From Macrostomum hystrix (taxonomy: Eukaryota > Animalia > Platyhelminthes), in assembly GCA_950097015.1 (NCBI GenBank), contig CATNEN010000007.1, forward strand, positions 1,736,001-1,800,000: a stretch of 64,000 nt of DNA, read 5' to 3'. The translations under genes and the position numbers were made by a program. Below, piece by piece: positions 24,201-37,800 of the stretch. Numbering within the stretch: position 1 is the first letter of the stretch; every line of letters starts with the position of its first letter. Under the pieces are notes generated by a model that saw only the letters and a program-made list of their open reading frames with translations, ran no database searches and had not been told where the DNA came from.

Positions 24201-27200
24201 TCCCTCTCATCTCACTCTGATCTCATCTCACTCCTTCCTCCTCGATCCAACCATTGTGCAGGAGCTGGCTGCCAAGGAAGCCAAGGACGGCAGGAGCAGC
24301 GAGGAGGAAGCTCGGCTCCGTCAGCAGCTGGCCGGCCGAGTTCAGGAGCTGGAAGCCAGGCTGGCCAGCAGCTCCTCAGCCCTGTCAGCAGAGCTCGCCG
24401 AGCTGGCCAGGAGAATTCGATCGGCACCTTCAGCCGGAACTGTGAGTACATTGAGTCCATGAGTTAGGCAGCAGTGTTAGATAGTATAATCCACCTGTTA
24501 GACAGCAGTGTTAGATAGTATAATCCACCTGTTAGACAGCAGTGTTAGATTGTAGAATCTACCTGTTAGACAGCAGTGTTAGATTGTATAATCCACCTGT
24601 TAGACAGCAGTGTTAGATTGTAGAATCTACCTGTTAGACAGCAGTGTTAGATTGTAGAATCTACCTGTTAGACAGCAGAGTTAGATTGTAGAATCTACCT
24701 GTTAGACAGCAGTGTTAGATTGTAGAATCTACCTGTTAGACAGCAGTGTTAGATTGTAGAATCTACCTGTTAGACAGCAGTGTTAGATTGTAGAATCTAC
24801 CTGTTAGACAGCAGTGTTAGATTGTAAAATCTACCTGTTAGACAGCAGTGTTAGACAGCAGTGTTAGACAGCAGTGTTAGACAGCAGTCTCATTTCTCTA
24901 TTTAGCCGGTCGTGCGTGATTTGAACTGAATTTTCAGTCCAAGAAGGAGTGGGAGCCGCTGCTTGAGGACTACCGCAGAGAGACCGGCAGGCGAGTGGCT
25001 GGCACAGAGGAGCAACTGCAGGCGGTGAAGGCCCGTCTGGACCGGATGGACGAGCGACTCGGCGGCCGAGTGGGCGAGGTGAGCGACGGGAAAGGGGAAG
25101 AGGTGGATCTGAGAGGTAGAGTGGTTGAGACGGGGGTTTGCTTAGAGGCAGAGTTAGTGATGTTGAGGTGTAAAAGAGTGGATAATAGGTAGAGTGGGGT
25201 GAGAAGTAGAGGGGTAGGAAGTAGAGTGGGTGAGAAGTAGAGTGGGTGAGAAGTAGAATGGGGTGAGAAGTAGAATGCGTGAGAAGTAGAATGCGTGAGA
25301 AGTAGAATGGGGTGAGAAGTAGAATGCGTGAGAAGTAGAATGGGGTGAGAAGTAGAGTGGGTAAGAGGAGTAATAAGTAGAGTGGGTGAGAAGTTTAGTC
25401 GATGAGAAGTAGAGTGGCTTAAGTTTCATATCCTAACTGTCTTGTACTCAACCCTTGTTAACGCTTTTCTCACGCGAAAAGATGAGGCAAAAGCAAGAGG
25501 TAATTCTGAAGCTTGTCAATTGTCACTTTTTATTTCTTCTTCCAGCTTTCGCTCGTACAGTACATGCTTTTAACGCGTAGATGGCTTTTTAGTATCAGAA
25601 AATTGATTAGATGATTAGAAAAAGAAAATGCTTACTAAAATGAGTAGTATATTAGAAAAACAAACTTATGTCACGCTTCGTTTTTTCGTTAATAAAATAA
25701 AATCTTCCCTAGGAAACGTAGCCCTTTTAGAATCCTCTCAGGAATCATACGAGGAATCACACCAGGAATCATAATTAGATCACATCAGGAATCATAATTA
25801 GATCACATCAGGAATCATAATTAGATCACACCAGTAATCATAATTAGATCACATCAGGAATCATAATTAGATCACATCAGGAATCATAATTAGATCACAT
25901 CAGGAATCATAATTAGATCACATCAGGAATCATAATTAGATCACATCAGGAATCATAATTAGATCACATCAGGAATCATAATTAGATCACATCAGGAATC
26001 ATAATTAGATCACATCAGGAATCATAATTAGATCACATCAGGAATCGTAGCTAGATCACATCAGGAATCGTAGCTAGATCACGTCTGGAATCGGAGATAG
26101 AATCTCATAAATTGCTAGCAAGATTTGAACCTATAATTGTAGCTAGATTAGGAGAAGTACGAGCTAATCCCAACGAGATGTTATGTTAGTAAACTATAAC
26201 TTTAAACATTATTTTATTGCGTAGTTCAGTTTTATTATTATTTGCAGGACTGATCGTTCGGCCAATTTTTTTTCTTTATTTTTAGATTTATAGTCACCTC
26301 ACGGTCTTCTGCGCTATCCTATCACGAGTTTAAAACTGAACACATTTTTCACTCATTTTAGTTTCTTTTCTCAAATTCGCAAACTCGTATATGTTGCCCT
26401 AAAATATTGATTTACTAAAATATAGATAGAATGTGGCCTCGCCACATTCATTTGGGGTGCAGCCACGGAGGGAAGGCTTGGGGGGCTTGTCACGAAAGGG
26501 CCAACATCCAAGGCGAGTGCACATCCAGTACACTGTCTGACGATTAGAAATTCAGGGCAGATGTACACACCTGTGTGAGTGTGTGCTCTCAGGAGTCAGC
26601 GTCAGGGTTTAGTGTCACCAAATGATGTGCCATTGCCGGCAGCCCTCCTGCAATTATTATTATTCTTGTTATTACTAATTACTAATTACTGGTACCAAAG
26701 TTTACCAAAGTTTAAGTCAGAAGTCAGTATTAGTAATAGTAACTGGACTATGCGCTTTGTAGTTTATAATCAATGTTTCTACATATTTTACAGGGCAACG
26801 ATTCTCTAATGAAGGAAATTCAAGAGAGACTGGAGGCCATTGCGCAGCGTCTGGGACAGACCGAAGGTCACGTGACTGATCTGAAGTCTAAAAATTCAGC
26901 TATAAACGATGGGGTAAGTTCGCTGGCTTCTTGGCCATAGACATGCAGAGTCATTCAGGACAGAACGGCAGAACCTTTCGATAAAGTTGAGCGAAATGGT
27001 AGATTTTGGTATGCACTTGTGGCCCTTACAAGCACAGACTGAGTTGACCCAACAACTAATGATGCCGCTGTACTCAGGTGCACCGCAACTCGGAACAAAT
27101 CACCGCCCTGATGGAGGACCTCAGCCTCCGGGTTGGCTCGGAAATAGCCGGCCGCGTTCAAGACACGGACTCGATCAGGGTGGAGCTCGAGAGGCTGAAG

Positions 27201-27431
27201 GCGTCATCAATCGGAGGAGGCGCAGCAGACTTCAAACGGGAGCTGGAGGAGTGCCAGGCTCTGGTGCGAAAGCTGGCTGAGGTTGTGCAGACTGTGAAGA
27301 CGGTGCTTGGTATGAAAATTCAGTCCGAGCAGAAGCTCAGAGCAGCTGAACTCAAAGGCGTGCACGATGAGATCAAACAGCACAAGGGAAGGCTGGACCA
27401 ACTGGCTAGCAAAGTCGACGCTAAGAAATGA
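21215..27431 (+). CDS. CCDC154: CCDC154-like long coiled-coil protein (about 673 aa)
   Basis: Exons 21215-21261, 21771-22158, 22843-23328, 23671-23976, 24262-24441, 24938-25078, 26794-26913, 27078-27431, all phase-compatible. N-terminal LETRLRVAEKSNRALLEEVVRLQSEL and C-terminal VQTVKTVLGMKIQSEQKLR resemble CCDC154 from memory. The gene model is firmer than the name. Confidence 0.65.
21315..21720. repeat. 15-bp minisatellite (GCTGATGGGAT(A/G)TCG) in CCDC154-like intron 1
   Basis: Directly visible. Confidence 0.95.
22262..22715. repeat. 22-bp minisatellite with palindromic ATCGATCGAT core
   Basis: Unit TTTGCGACCAATTATCGATCGA. Confidence 0.9.
23334..23638. repeat. Short-unit repeat (CAGAGTGACAGATT-like) in intron
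   Basis: Directly visible; begins just after the donor at 23329. Confidence 0.9.
24470..24886. repeat. 34-bp minisatellite in intron
   Basis: Unit CTACCTGTTAGACAGCAGTGTTAGATTGTAGAAT. Confidence 0.95.
25190..25420. repeat. Degenerate GGGTGAGAAGTAGA repeat (a related one lies at 24040-24145)
   Basis: Directly visible. Confidence 0.8.
25755..26090. repeat. 23-bp minisatellite (GGAATCATAATTAGATCACATCA)
   Basis: Directly visible. Confidence 0.95.
26430..26690 (+). mobile_element. SINE family A, 5'-truncated copy with (TTA)n-like tail
   Basis: Matches 58150-58420; ends CAGCCCTCCTGCAATTATTATT. Confidence 0.8.
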
Positions 27432-28129
27432 GACAAAAATCCTAGCTATCTAAACTTCAGGCTTGTATGTATTGAAAATAGTGCTTACAAAATGTAAAGT
27501 TAATAAATACACCAGATTTCCGCCGAGGGAGGAGTTCAGACTTGAAGATTAACAAAAATACGAATTTAGACTAGCGAAGAAATGTCATATTTGTCTTAAA
27601 TATGCTTCTAGTTCATTACCGTAGGTTGCTATTTTTCGGATTGATATGTTTATGGTATTACTAATTCGTTTTTAAACTAACGTGTGCTCGATTCGCAATA
27701 AATTCTATTGCTACTCGTATTTTCCCATCTCTCGAACACGAAGTGAGATCTATTAAACATCTCGTCTACGAGTAGATAAGTACTTTCTAAAAAAACTACG
27801 CTAAAAAAACTTATCTGCTGCTGCTTATTGTGCTTTGGCCAATATTTATTTATTTCATGAGCCACTATTTTATAAAAAGCTACAATTTTTACCTGAAACT
27901 ATTGGAATGTTATCTTAGCAATTTGATAGTTTTTCGAATTACATTCCTAAGCGAACCATCAAATTATAACGAATTTTTAATTTGAGTTGTGTACTCTATA
28001 CTGCTTAGCTAACGCATTTCTATATTCTTTTATATTTTGAGAAAAGAGCTTAATCGCTAAGGATTCAGGAGCTAACGTCTAGAGGACAAATGGACTGAGA
28101 GGTTGAAAAACTGGAAATAAAGGACTAAG

Positions 28130-31050
28130 GGATTGAGTGGCTTAGGGCTTGAGGAATTAAGGGACTGAGGGACTCGGAAACAGAGGAACTGAGAGACTGA
28201 GGGACTGAGGACTGAGGGATTAAGGGACTGAGGGATTCAGAAATTAAGGGAATGAGAGACTGAGGGACTGCGTGATCAATGGACTGAGGGATTAAGGGAC
28301 GGAGGGATTGAGTGGCTGAGGGATTGAATGACTGAGGGATTGAGTGACTGAGGGATTGAATGACTGAGGGATTGAGTGACTGAGGGATTGAGGGACTGAG
28401 GGACTGAGGGACTGAGGGACTGAGGGACTGAGAAATTGAGTGACTGAGGGATTGAGTGACTGAGGAATTAAGGGACTGAGGGATTGAGTGACTGAGGGAT
28501 TGAGTGACTGAGGGATTGAGGGACTGAGGGATTAAGGGACTGAGGGATTCAGAAATTTAGGGAATGAGAGACTGAGGGACTGCGTGATCAATGGACTGAG
28601 GGATTAAGGGACGGAGGGATTGAGTGGCTGAGGGATTGAATGACTGAGGGATTGAGTGACTGAGGGATTGAATGACTGAGGGATTGAGTGACTGAGGGAT
28701 TGAGGGACTGAGGGACTGAGGGACTGAGGGACTGAGGGACTGAGGAATTGAGTGACTGAGGGATTGAGTGACTGAGGAATTAAGGGACTGAGGGATTGAG
28801 TGACTGAGGGATTAAGGGACTGAGGGACTGAGGGACTGAGGGATTGAGTGACTGAGGGATTGAGTGACTGAGGGATTGAGTGACTGAGGGATTGAGGGAC
28901 TGAGGGATTAAGGGACTTAGGGATTAAGGGACTGAGGGATTGAGGGACTGAGGGATTAAGGGACTGAGGGATTAAGGGACTGAGGGACTGAGGGATTAAG
29001 GGACTGAGGGACTTATTCCTCATTGAGGGACTGAGGAATTAAGGGACTGAGGTATTGAGTGACTGAGGGATTGAGGGACTGAGGGATTGAGTGACTGAGG
29101 GATTGAGGGACTGAGGAATGAAAGGACTGGGGGATTGAGTGACTGAGGGATTAAGGGACCGAGGGACTGAGGGACTGAGGGATTGAGTGACTGAGGGATT
29201 GAGTGACTGAGGGATTGAGTGACTGAGGGATTGAGTGACTGAGGGATTGAGTGACTGAGGGATTGATGGACTGAGGGATTAAGGGACTTAGGGATTAAGG
29301 GACTGAGGGATTAAGGGACTGAGGGATTAAGGGACTGAGGGACTGAGGGATTAAGGGACTGAGGGACTTATTCCTCATTAAGGGACTGAGGAATTAAGGG
29401 ACTGAGGTATTGAGTGACTGAGGGATTGAGGGACTGAGGGACTGAGGGACTGAGGGACTGAGGGACTGAGGAATTGAGTGACTGAGGGATTGAGTGACTG
29501 AGGAATTAAGGGACTGAGGGATTGAGTGACTGAGGGATTAAGGGACTGAGGGACTGAGGGACTGAGGGATTGAGTGACTGAGGGATTGAGTGACTGAGGG
29601 ATTGAGTGACTGAGGGATTGAGGGACTGAGGGATTAAGGGACTTAGGGATTAAGGGACTGAGGGATTGAGGGACTGAGGGATTAAGGGACTGAGGGATTA
29701 AGGGACTGAGGGACTGAGGGATTAAGGGACTGAGGGACTTATTCCTCATTGAGGGACTGAGGAATTAAGGGACTGAGGTATTGAGTGACTGAGGGATTGA
29801 GGGACTGAGGGATTGAGTGACTGAGGGATTGAGGGACTGAGGAATGAAAGGACTGGGGGATTGAGTGACTGAGGGATTAAGGGACCGAGGGACTGAGGGA
29901 CTGAGGGATTGAGTGACTGAGGGATTGAGTGACTGAGGGATTGAGTGACTGAGGGATTGAGTGACTGAGGGATTGAGTGACTGAGGGATTGATGGACTGA
30001 GGGATTAAGGGACTTAGGGATTAAGGGACTGAGGGATTAAGGGACTGAGGGATTAAGGGACTGAGGGACTGAGGGATTAAGGGACTGAGGGACTTATTCC
30101 TCATTAAGGGACTGAGGAATTAAGGGACTGAGGTATTGAGTGACTGAGGGATTGAGGGACTGAGGGACTGAGGGACTGAGGGACTGAGGGACTGAGGAAT
30201 TGAGTGACTGAGGGATTGAGTGACTGAGGAATTAAGGGACTGAGGGATTGAGTGACTGAGGGATTAAGGGACTGAGGGACTGAGGGACTGAGGGATTGAG
30301 TGACTGAGGGATTGAGTGACTGAGGGATTGAGTGACTGAGGGATTGAGGGACTGAGGGATTAAGGGACTTAGGGATTAAGGGACTGAGGGATTGAGGGAC
30401 TGAGGGATTAAGGGACTGAGGGATTAAGGGACTGAGGGACTGAGGGATTAAGGGACTGAGGGACTTATTCCTCATTGAGGGACTGAGGAATTAAGGGACT
30501 GAGGTATTGAGTGACTGAGGGATTGAGGGACTGAGGGATTGAGTGACTGAGGGATTGAGGGACTGAGGAATGAAAGGACTGAGGGATTGAGTGACTGAGG
30601 GATTGAGTGACTGAGGGATTGAATGACTGAGGGATTGAGTGACTGAGGGATTGAGGGACTGAGGGACTGAGGGACTGAGGGACTGAGGGACTGAGGAATT
30701 GAGTGACTGAGGGATTGAGTGACTGAGGAATTAAGGGACTGAGGGATTGAGTGACTGAGGGATTGAGTGACTGAGGGATTGAGGGACTGAGGGACTGAGG
30801 GACTGAGGGACTGAGGAATTGAGTGACTGAGGGATTGAGTGACTGAGGGATTGAGTGACTGAGGGATTGAGTGACTGAGGGATTGAGGGACTGAGGGATT
30901 AAGGGACTTAGGGATTAAGGGACTGAGGGATTGAGGGACTGAGGGATAAAGGGACTGAGGGATTAAGGGACTGAGGAATTAAGGGACTGAGGAATTGAGG
31001 GACTGAGGAATTAAGGGACTGAGGGACTCGGAAACAATGGGACTGAGTGA
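28130..31050. repeat. Octamer-based G-rich satellite (GACTGAGG/GATTGAGT/GATTAAGG) with 726-bp higher-order repeat
   Basis: Rare marker TTATTCCTCATT recurs with its CAT at 29021, 29376, 29747, 30102 and 30473 (spacings 355/371). Confidence 0.95.
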
Positions 31051-31054
31051 GTCA

Positions 31055-31455
31055 GTGACTGAGTGACCCATAGGCTGAGTGACCCATAGGCTGAGTGACC
31101 CATAGACTGAGTGACCCATAGGCTGAGTGACCCATAGACTGAGTGACCCATAGACTGAGTGACCCATAGACTGAGTGACCCATAGACTGAGTGACCCATA
31201 GGCTGAGTGACCCATAGACTGAGTGACCCATAGACTGAGTGACCCATAGGCTGAGTGACCCATAGACTGAGTGACCCATAGACTGAGTGACCCATAGACT
31301 GAGTGACCCATAGACTGAGTGACCCATAGGCTGAGTGACCCATAGACTGAGTGACCCATAGGCTGAGTGACCCATAGGCTGAGTGACCCATAGGCTGAGT
31401 GACCCATAGGCTGAGTGACCCATAGGCTGAGTGACCCATAGACTGAGTGACCCAT
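31055..31455. repeat. 16-bp minisatellite (GACTGAGTGACCCATA)
   Basis: Directly visible. Confidence 0.95.
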
Positions 31456-31813
31456 ATAAAAACAGGGACTGAGGACTGAGGTTTGTGCTACTGAACTGAA
31501 AAACTGAAATTAAGTGAACGCTGCCTCTGAAGCATAAGAAAGCAGTACAAGCCTCATAAACAAGGATATTGTGCAAGTTGCTACGTTGAAATAAATTGAA
31601 TGCAATTGAATGCCCAACAAGCGTGGCTAATCTGCTTTGCGATCTGCTTTGAGGTCAATCAGAAGGTTTCATCTAGTAGAGTGCACCAACAAGCATGCAT
31701 AAATGCACCACGCAAAACTGTTAAACAGGTCCATAGCTGTAAATTGCAACATATTGCTAAGCATCAGATTGCATAGTAGAGAGACATTCCAAGGCCACAC
31801 ATCGACTAATTCA

Positions 31814-34800
31814 ATGGCTAACAAACAGACATTTTATTTCTGTTTTAACATCATTCTCCTCATTTTCGGTAAGTGTGTGTTGTGACTTCCACAGAAGTAT
31901 GAAAATATATCACCTCTTAATTATTCCACCTCTCACCCACTCCACCTCTCACCCACTCCACCTCTCACCCACTCCACCTCTCACCCACTCCACCTCTCAC
32001 CCGCTCCACCTCTCACCCACTCCACCTCTCACCCACTCCACCTCTCACCAACCTTACCTCTTACCCACTCCATCTCTCACCCACTCCACCTCTCACCCAC
32101 TCCACCTCTCATCCACTCCATCTCTCATCCACTCCACCTCTCACCCACTCCACCTCTCACCAACCTTACCTCTTACCCACTCCATCTCTCACCCACTCCA
32201 CCTCTCACCCACTCCACCTCTCATCCACTCCATCTCTCACCCACTCCATCTCTCACCCACTCCACCTCTCACCCACTCCACCTCTCACCCACTCCACCTC
32301 TCACCAACCTTACCTCTTACCCACTCCATCTCTCACCCACTCCACCTCTCACCCACTCCACCTCTCATCCACTCCATCTCTCATCCACTCCACCTCTCAC
32401 CCACTCCACCTCTCACCAACCTTACCTCTTACCCACTCCATCTCTCACCCACTCCACCTCTCACCCACTCAACCTCTCATCCACTCCACCTCTCACCCAC
32501 TCCACCTCTCACCCACTCCACCTCTCACCCACTCCACCTCTCACCCGCTCCACCTCTCACCCACTCCACCTCTCACCCACTCCACCTCTCACCCACTCCA
32601 CCTCTCACCCGCTCCACCTCTCACCCACTCCACCTCTCACCCACTCCACCTCTCACCAACCTTACCTCTTACCCACTCCATCTCTCACCCACTCCACCTC
32701 TCACCCACTCCACCTCTCATCCACTCCATCTCTCATCCACTCCACCTCTCACCCACTCCACCTCTCACCAACCTTACCTCTTACCCACTCCATCTCTCAC
32801 CCACTCCACCTCTCACCCGCTCCACCTCTCACCCACTCCACCTCTCACCCGCTCCACCTCTCACCCGCTCCACCTCTCACCCACTCCACCTCTCACCCAC
32901 TCCACCTCTCAACCGCTCCACCTCTCACCCACTCCACCTCTCACCCACTCCACCTCTCATCCACTCCACCTCTCATCCACTCCACCACTCACCAACCTTA
33001 CCTCTCACCCACTCCACCTCTCACCCACTCCACCTCTCACCCACTCAACCTTTCATCCACTCCACCTCTCACCCACTCCATCTCTCACCCACTCCACCTC
33101 TCATCCACTCCACCTCTCACCCACTCCACCTCTCATCCACTCCACCTCTCACCCACTCCACCTCTCATCCACTCCATCTCTCATCCACTCCACCTCTCAC
33201 CCACTCCACCTCTCACCAACCTTACCTCTTACCCACTCCATCTCTCACCCACTCCACCTCTCACCCACTCCACCTCTCATCCACTCCATCTCTCACCCAC
33301 TCCATCTCTCACCCACTCCATCTCTCACCCACTCCACCTCTCACCCACTCAACCTCTCATCCACTCCACCTCTCACCCACTCCACCTCTCACCCACTCCA
33401 CCTCTCACCCGCTCCACCTCTCACCCGCTCCACCTCTCACCCACTCCACCTCTCACCCACTCCATCTCTCAACCGCTCCACCTCTCACCCACTCCACCTC
33501 TCACCCACTCCACCTCTCATCCACTCCACCTCTCATCCAGTCCACCACTCACCAACCTTACCTCTCACCCACTCCACCTCTCACCCACTCCACCTCTCAC
33601 CCACTCAACCTTTCATCCACTCCACCTCTCACCCACTCCATCTCTCACCCACTCCACCTCTCATCCACTCCACCTCTCATCCACTCCACCTCTCATCCAC
33701 TCCACCTCTCATCCACTCCACCACTCACCAACTTTACCTCTCACCCACTCCACCTCTCACCCACTCCACCTCTCACCCACTCCACCTCTCACCCACTCAA
33801 CCTTTCATCCACTCCACCTCTCACCCACTCCACCTCTCATCCACTCCATCTCTCATCCACTCCACCTCTCACCCACTCCACCTCTCACCAACCTTACCTC
33901 TTACCCACTCCATCTCTCACCCACTCCACCTCTCACCCACTCCACCTCTCATCCACTCCATCTCTCACCCACTCCATCTCTCACCCACTCCATCTCTCAC
34001 CCACTCCACCTCTCACCCACTCAACCTCTCATCCACTCCACCTCTCACCCACTCCACCTCTCACCCACTCCACCTCTCACCCGCTCCACCTCTCACCCGC
34101 TCCACCTCTCACCCACTCCACCTCTCACCCACTCCACCTCTCAACCGCTCCACCTCTCACCCACTCCACCTCTCACCCACTCCACCTCTCATCCACTCCA
34201 CCTCTCATCCACTCCACCACTCACCAACCTTACCTCTCACCCACTCCACCTCTCACCCACTCCACCTCTCACCCACTCAACCTTTCATCCACTCCACCTC
34301 TCACCCACTCCACCTCTCACACGCTCCACCTCTCACCCGCTCCACCTCTCACCCACTCCACCTCTCACCCACTCCATCTCTCACCCACTCCATCTCTCAC
34401 CCACTCCACCTCTCACCCACTCCACCTCTCATCCACTCCATCTCTCACCCACTTCACCTCTCACCCACTCCATCTCTCACCCACTCCATCTCTCACCCAC
34501 TCCACCTCTCACCCACTCCACCTCTCATCCACTCCACCTCTCACCCACTCCACCTCTCATCCACTCCACCTCTCATCCACTCCACCACTCACCAACTTTA
34601 CCTCTCACCCACTCCACCTCTCACCCACTCCACCTCTCACCCACTCCACCTCTCACCCACTCAACCTTTCATCCACTCCACCTCTCACCCACTCCACCTC
34701 TCACCCGCTCCATCTCTCACCCGCTCCACCTCTCACCCACTCCACCTCTCACCCACTCCATCTCTCACCCACTCCATCTCTCACCCACTCCACCTCTCAC

Positions 34801-37800
34801 CCACTCCACCTCTCATCCACTCCATCTCTCACCCACTTCACCTCTCACCCACTCCATCTCTCACCCACTCCATCTCTCACCCACTCCACCTCTCACCCAC
34901 TCCACCTCTCATCCACTCCACCTCTCACCCACTCCACCTCTCATCCACTCCACCTCTCATCCACTCCACCACTCACCAACTTTACCTCTCACCCACTCCA
35001 CCTCTCACCCACTCCACCTCTCACCCACTCCACCTCTCACCCACTCCACCTCTCACCCACTCCACCTCTCACCCGCTCCACCTCTCACCCACTCCACCTC
35101 TCACCCGTTCCAACTCTCACCCACTCCACCTCTCATCCACTCCACCACTCACCAACCTTACCTCTCACCTACTCCACCTCTCGTCCACTCCACCTCTCAC
35201 CCGCTCCACCTCTCACCCACTCCATCTCTCACCCACTCCACCTCTCACCCACTCCACCTCTCACCCACTCCATCTCTCACCAACTTTACCTCTCACCCAC
35301 TCCACCTCTCATCCACTCCACCTCTCACCCACTCCACCTCTCATCCACTCCACCTCTCATCCACTCCACCACTCACCAACTTTACCTCTCACCCACTCCA
35401 CCTCTCACCCACTCCACCTCTCACCCACTCCACCTCTCACCCACTCCATCTCTCACCCACTCCATCTCTCACCCACTCCACCTCTCACCCACTCCACCTC
35501 TCATCCACTCCACCTCTCACCCACTCCACCTCTCATCCACTCCACCTCTCATCCACTCCACCACTCACCAACTTTACCTCTCACCCACTCCACCTCTCAC
35601 CCACTCCACCTCTCACCCACTCCACCTCTCACCCACTCAACCTTTCATCCACTCCACCTCTCACCCACTCCACCTCTCATCCACTCCATCTCTCATCCAC
35701 TCCACCTCTCACCCACTCCACCTCTCACCAACCTTACCTCTTACCCACTCCATCTCTCACCCACTCCACCTCTCACCCACTCCACCTCTCATCCACTCCA
35801 TCTCTCACCCACTCCATCTCTCACCCACTCCATCTCTCACCCACTCCACCTCTCACCCACTCAACCTCTCATCCACTCCACCTCTCACCCACTCCACCTC
35901 TCACCCACTCCACCTCTCACCCGCTCCACCTCTCACCCGCTCCACCTCTCACCCACTCCACCTCTCACCCACTCCACCTCTCAACCGCTCCACCTCTCAC
36001 CCACTCCACCTCTCACCCACTCCACCTCTCATCCACTCCACCTCTCATCCACTCCACCACTCACCAACCTTACCTCTCACCCACTCCACCTCTCACCCAC
36101 TCCACCTCTCACCCACTCAACCTTTCATCCACTCCACCTCTCACCCACTCCACCTCTCACACGCTCCACCTCTCACCCGCTCCACCTCTCACCCACTCCA
36201 CCTCTCACCCACTCCATCTCTCACCCACTCCATCTCTCACCCACTCCACCTCTCACCCACTCAACCTTTCATCCACTCCACCTCTCACCCACTCCACCTC
36301 TCACACGCTCCACCTCTCACCCGCTCCACCTCTCACCCACTCCACCTCTCACCCACTCCACCTCTCATCGGTGTTTAGGGTTCAGTGTTTAGGGTTCAGT
36401 GTTTAGGGTTTAGTGTTTAGGGTTCAGTGTTTAGGGTTTAGTGTTTAGGGTTCAGTGTTTAGGGTTTAGTGTTTAGGGTTCAGTGTTTAGGGTTCAGTGT
36501 TTTAGGGTTCAGTGTTTAGGGTTCAGTGTTTAGGGTTCTGCGTTTAGGGTTCAGTGTTTAGGGTTCAGTGTTTAGGGTTCAGTGCTTAGGGTTCAGTGCT
36601 TAGGGTTCAGTGTTTAGGGTTCAGTGCTTAGGGTTCAGTGCTTAGGGTTCAGTGTTTAGGGTTCAGTGTTTAGGGTTCAGTGTTTAGGGTTCAGTGTTTA
36701 GGGTTCAGTGTTTAGGGTTCAGTGTTTAGGGTTCAGGGTTCAGGATTTAGTGGTCAGTATTTGGTTGTTAGGCTTACGGTTAGGTTTAGGGTTTAGGGTT
36801 TTTGAAAACTGACACTGTTCCCACTCTCAGATTTTAGACATATTCGATCCGCAAACTCCCGGTGTTACTAGGCATGGCGCCTTCATCAGGTTTCACATCG
36901 AATGTAGACCAGACTCAACTGCCTTCTCAGCTCGCGTGAGTAAAAAATGCTCAAATTATAAGCATTCTCTAGCTAAAGAATAAGATTCAGTGATGGCTAT
37001 TAATTCCAGAACTTCACCGTCATAGTCACTGTTAATGATGTCAATGACAATGCCCCAATGTTCTACAATGCTTCGGATAGTACCAACGATTCAATCAACA
37101 CCTTGACCATTGTTGTCAGAGAGGTAAAAACTCTCTGTCAGTCAGCCAGTCAGTCAGTCAGTCAGTCAGTCAGTCAGTCAGTCAGTCAGTCAGTCAGCCA
37201 GTCAGTCAGTCAGTCAGCCAGTCAGTCAGTCAGTCAGTCAGTCAGCCAGTCAGTCAGTCAGTCAGTCAGTCAGTCAGTCAGCCAGTCAGTCAGTCAGTCA
37301 GTCAGTCAGCCAGTCAGTCAGTCAGTCAGTCAGCCAGTCAGTCAGTCAGTCAGTCAGCCAGTCAGTCAGTCAGTCAGTCAGTCAGTCAGTCAGTCAGCCA
37401 GTCAGTCAGCCAGTCAGTCAGTCAGTCAGTCAGTCAGTCAGCCAGTCAGTCAGTCAGTCAGTCAGTCAGTCAGTCAGCCAGTCAGTCAGTCAGTCAGTCA
37501 GTCAGCCAGTCAGTCAGTCAGTCAGTCAGTCAGTCAGCCAGTCAGTCAGTCAGTCAGTCAGTCAGTCAGTCAGCCAGTCAGTCAGTCAGTCAGTCAGCCA
37601 GTCAGTCAGTCAGTCAGTCAGTCAGTCAGTCAGCCAGTCAGTCAGTCAGTCAGTCAGTCAGTCAGTCAGTCAGCCAGTCAGTCAGTCAGTCAGTCAGCCA
37701 GTCAGTCAGTCAGTCAGTCCGTCAGCCAGTCAGTCAGTCAGTCAGTCAGTCAGTCAGTCAGTCAGTCAGTCAGTCAGTCAGTCAGTCAGTCCGTCAGCCA

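Noticed and set aside
31875-36392. 1505-aa His/Pro/Ser/Thr ORF
   Set aside because: It is simply the translation of a stop-free 16-bp satellite inside the cadherin locus, starts at GTG and has no unique sequence.
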